64,000 nt of DNA from Dehalococcoidia bacterium (lineage in GTDB: Bacteria > Chloroflexota > Dehalococcoidia > UBA2979): contig OZ244720.1 in the NCBI GenBank assembly GCA_965219085.1, positions 1,600,001 to 1,664,000 of the forward strand. The letters are read 5' to 3'. Below, piece by piece: positions 61,542 to 64,000 of the stretch (position 1 is the stretch's first letter; every line of letters begins with the position of its first letter). The position numbers and the translations under genes are program-made. Below the pieces are notes generated by a model, which saw only the letters and a program-made list of their open reading frames with translations, had not been told where the DNA came from and did no database searches.

Positions 61542-63418
61542 TAGCCGCCGCCCCCGCCGTCGATGAGCGCGAGCGAGGCGCTCGCCTCCTCCTGGTCACG
61601 CAGTTCGAGGTCGTAGATCTGGCGGTAGAAGCCGTCGGCCGCCAGGAGCTCCTCGTGGCGGCCGTGTTCGACGATCTCGCCGTCGCGGAGCACGATGATC
61701 TGGTCTGCGGCCTTCACGGTGCGGAGCCGCTGGGCGATGACGAAGGTCGTGCGGTTCTCCATCAGCGCCTGCAGCGCCTCATGGATCTCGTACTCGGTGC
61801 GCATGTCCACCGACGCCGTCGAGTCGTCGAGGATGAGCACGCGCGGGTCGCGCAGTAGCGTGCGGGCGATCGAGATGCGCTGGCGCTGGCCACCCGAGAG
61901 CGTGGTGCCGCGCTCGCCGACCCACGTGTCGTAGCCCTCCGGCATGTCCATGATGAAGTCGTGGATCTTCGCCGCCTTCGCGGCGGCCTCGATCTGCTCG
62001 TCGGTTGCGTCCGGGAGGCCGTAGGCGATGTTCTCGCGGATGGTGCCGATGAACAGGAAGAGGTCCTGCTGCACGATGCCGATGGCGTTGCGCAGCGACT
62101 CGAGGGTGACGTCGCGCACATCCTCGCCGTCGATGGTGATGCGGCCGGAGGTCGCGTCGTAGAAGCGCGGCAGCAGGTTGACGACGGTGGACTTGCCGGA
62201 CCCCGTCGGCCCGAGCAGGGCGACGGTGTCGCCGGGCTTCGCGTGCACATCGAGGTTGCGGAGTACGCGGTCCGTGGCGCCGTACTCGAACGAGACGCCC
62301 TCGAAGCGGACGTCGCCTGAGCCCTCGCCGAGGGGCGTGGCGTCCGCTCGCTCCTGCACGGCGGACTCGGCGTCGAGGATCTCGAAGATGCGCGCGCCGG
62401 TGGAGTGGGCGCGCGCGAACATCATGATGATCCAGCCGATGGAGCGGACCGGCACTTGCAGCAGCGTGAGGTAGAGCTGGAACGCGGCCAGGTCGCCGAC
62501 GGTCATGCGCCCGGCCTGGATCTCGGTCGCCCCGGCCCAGAACACGACGGCCAGCGAGAGCAGCCACAGCGACTGCAGGAACGGCTCGTTGAAGGCCTGG
62601 AACTTGCTGGTGGAGTAGGACCACTTGAAGAGCTCGTCGACCTTCTCGTCGAACTTCCGTTGCTCGAAGTCGGTGCGGGAGAAGGCCTTCACCACGCGCT
62701 GACCGGTGAGGTTCTCCTGCAGGACGTTCGACATGTCGCCCTGGAGGTCCTGCACCTTGAGCCAGATCGGCCGCAGCCGGGCGGAGGTCCAAATGCTCTG
62801 GATGGCGATGAACGGCACGAAGCCGAGCGCGATCAGCCCCACCGTGGTGTTCGTCGAGATCATCAGCCCGTAGACGCCGCCGAGGAGCGCGAAGACGAAG
62901 AGCAGGCGGATCACGCCCATCGAGACGAACATGCGGACGCCTTCGACGTCCTGTGTCGCCCTCGACATGATCTGCCCGATCTGCGAGCTGTCGTGGTAGG
63001 CGTAGCTGAGCCGCTGGAGGTGGTCGTAGAGGTCGTTGCGGAAGTCGTAGGCGACGGCCTGCGAGATGTGCTCGCCGAGATAGGTCTGGGCGTACATGAA
63101 CACGCCACGCGCCACCCCGACCGTGACGAGCAACCCGACCGCGAACAGCAGCGTGGTGAGCGTGCCGCGCGCGACGGTCTCCTCGACGCCCCCGATGCCC
63201 TCGACGGTGGCGATGTCGAGGCCGGCGTCGATGGCAAGGCCGGTGAGGTAGGGCGCGGCGACGTTGAGCGCGGTGGCGGCGACGACGACGACGATGGCGA
63301 GGACAAACGCTCGCCAGTAACGGAAGGCACGACCAATCAGCCGTATCTGCACGGGCCAGCGCGGACCGGACAAAGGCCCGCGTTCTCGATGGACGAGCGT
63401 GATTTGTGAAACCGTCAC
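61541..63418 (-). CDS. ABC exporter, fused TMD-NBD (heterodimer partner 1, degenerate NBD)
   Basis: GPTGSGKS, LSGGQRQ, ILDDST and IAQR (E to D, H to Q degenerate site). Confidence 0.95.
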   Translation of the reverse strand: MTVSQITLVHRERGPLSGPRWPVQIRLIGRAFRYWRAFVLAIVVVVAATALNVAAPYLTGLAIDAGLDIATVEGIGGVEETVARGTLTTLLFAVGLLVTVGVARGVFMYAQTYLGEHISQAVAYDFRNDLYDHLQRLSYAYHDSSQIGQIMSRATQDVEGVRMFVSMGVIRLLFVFALLGGVYGLMISTNTTVGLIALGFVPFIAIQSIWTSARLRPIWLKVQDLQGDMSNVLQENLTGQRVVKAFSRTDFEQRKFDEKVDELFKWSYSTSKFQAFNEPFLQSLWLLSLAVVFWAGATEIQAGRMTVGDLAAFQLYLTLLQVPVRSIGWIIMMFARAHSTGARIFEILDAESAVQERADATPLGEGSGDVRFEGVSFEYGATDRVLRNLDVHAKPGDTVALLGPTGSGKSTVVNLLPRFYDATSGRITIDGEDVRDVTLESLRNAIGIVQQDLFLFIGTIRENIAYGLPDATDEQIEAAAKAAKIHDFIMDMPEGYDTWVGERGTTLSGGQRQRISIARTLLRDPRVLILDDSTASVDMRTEYEIHEALQALMENRTTFVIAQRLRTVKAADQIIVLRDGEIVEHGRHEELLAADGFYRQIYDLELRDQEEASASLALIDGGGGG

Positions 63419-63518
63419 CCCGGTGAGTCTACCTCACGTCTGACGTTAGGGGCGGACTGCCATCGCTAGTCGTCATGTGATTAGCGAAATCCGGACGGCA
63501 CGCACGCTCGTAATCATC

Positions 63519-63536
63519 GATTATATATGTATAATC
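63519..63536. promoter_or_regulatory. AT-rich palindromic operator containing TATAAT in a divergent intergenic region
   Basis: GATTATATATGTATAATC near-perfect inverted repeat. Confidence 0.6.
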
Positions 63537-63559
63537 TCTCCGCTCACACGGAGTGCGGA

Positions 63560-64000
63560 ATGGCTCACGTCCTCGCGCGTCACCGACCCCATCGGCGGCT
63601 TGCGCACGGGCACGTCCCGCGGTGGATGCTCATCTCCGCGGCGCTCGCATACGCCGCCGTCGCAGGCTGTTTCGGCGGCGAGGCGGACGACGCACAGGTC
63701 GGGACGCCTGCCCCATCACCGACGCCGGAGGTGACGGCCCCGGCTCCGCCCGTTGCGACGGCCACGCCCACGCCCGGGACGCCGTCGCCCGAGTCGCTCG
63801 ACGCGGCCCTACAGGCGCTGATCGGCAGCATGCAGGGTGGCGGCACGGATCCGTTCGCCGGACCGCCGGAGTCGCTGCCGCCGGAGTTGCGGGCGCTCCT
63901 CGAAGCACTCGGCATTGATCTGCTGGTCGGCGCGGCGGTGACCGAGATCGGCGGCGTCCTGGCGGTTGAGGCGGTGTTCGCGGGGTCGCCGGCCGAGCGC
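63560..64000 (+). CDS. Putative lipoprotein, 5' part; runs off the window edge
   Basis: Manual translation ...WMLISAALAYAAVAGC FGG... then PT-rich linker; open to window end. Confidence 0.6.
   Translation, partial: MAHVLARHRPHRRLAHGHVPRWMLISAALAYAAVAGCFGGEADDAQVGTPAPSPTPEVTAPAPPVATATPTPGTPSPESLDAALQALIGSMQGGGTDPFAGPPESLPPELRALLEALGIDLLVGAAVTEIGGVLAVEAVFAGSPAER

Noticed and set aside
61541-63418. Degenerate Walker B/H-loop as inactivation
   Set aside because: Normal for heterodimeric ABC exporters with one degenerate site

Overview
High-GC bacterial window, most consistent with Chloroflexota (Dehalococcoidia-like). This is inferred from the RpoB/RpoC insertions, Gram-positive-type LexA boxes and a T-box; LRR and RCC1-type proteins hint at a host-associated lifestyle. 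The backbone is housekeeping: glnA with a GlnR-like regulator, rpoB-rpoC, split transketolase, proB/proA, T-box-controlled ileS, murJ, rpsT, rodZ-like/rimO, scpB, fabF, folC and ABC transporters. Small accessory inserts interrupt it: a back-to-back IS3/IS21 remnant, a frameshifted single-chain RM enzyme, two tandem LuxR-HTH/TM/LRR paralogs with divergent C-termini, two TA pairs, and a two-gene UDG-fold-like + Nmad-like cassette (best candidate for an undescribed defence system). Non-coding signals read directly from the sequence: a four-site GlnR-type box upstream of glnA, two LexA boxes over a promoter for an 83-aa zinc-ribbon gene, an Ile T-box, and a 62-bp palindromic repeat family flanking an orphan gene. 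IleRS carries the non-canonical GVHH signature. No rRNA, tRNA or CRISPR array was seen. All family calls are by motif recognition only; no database searches were run.
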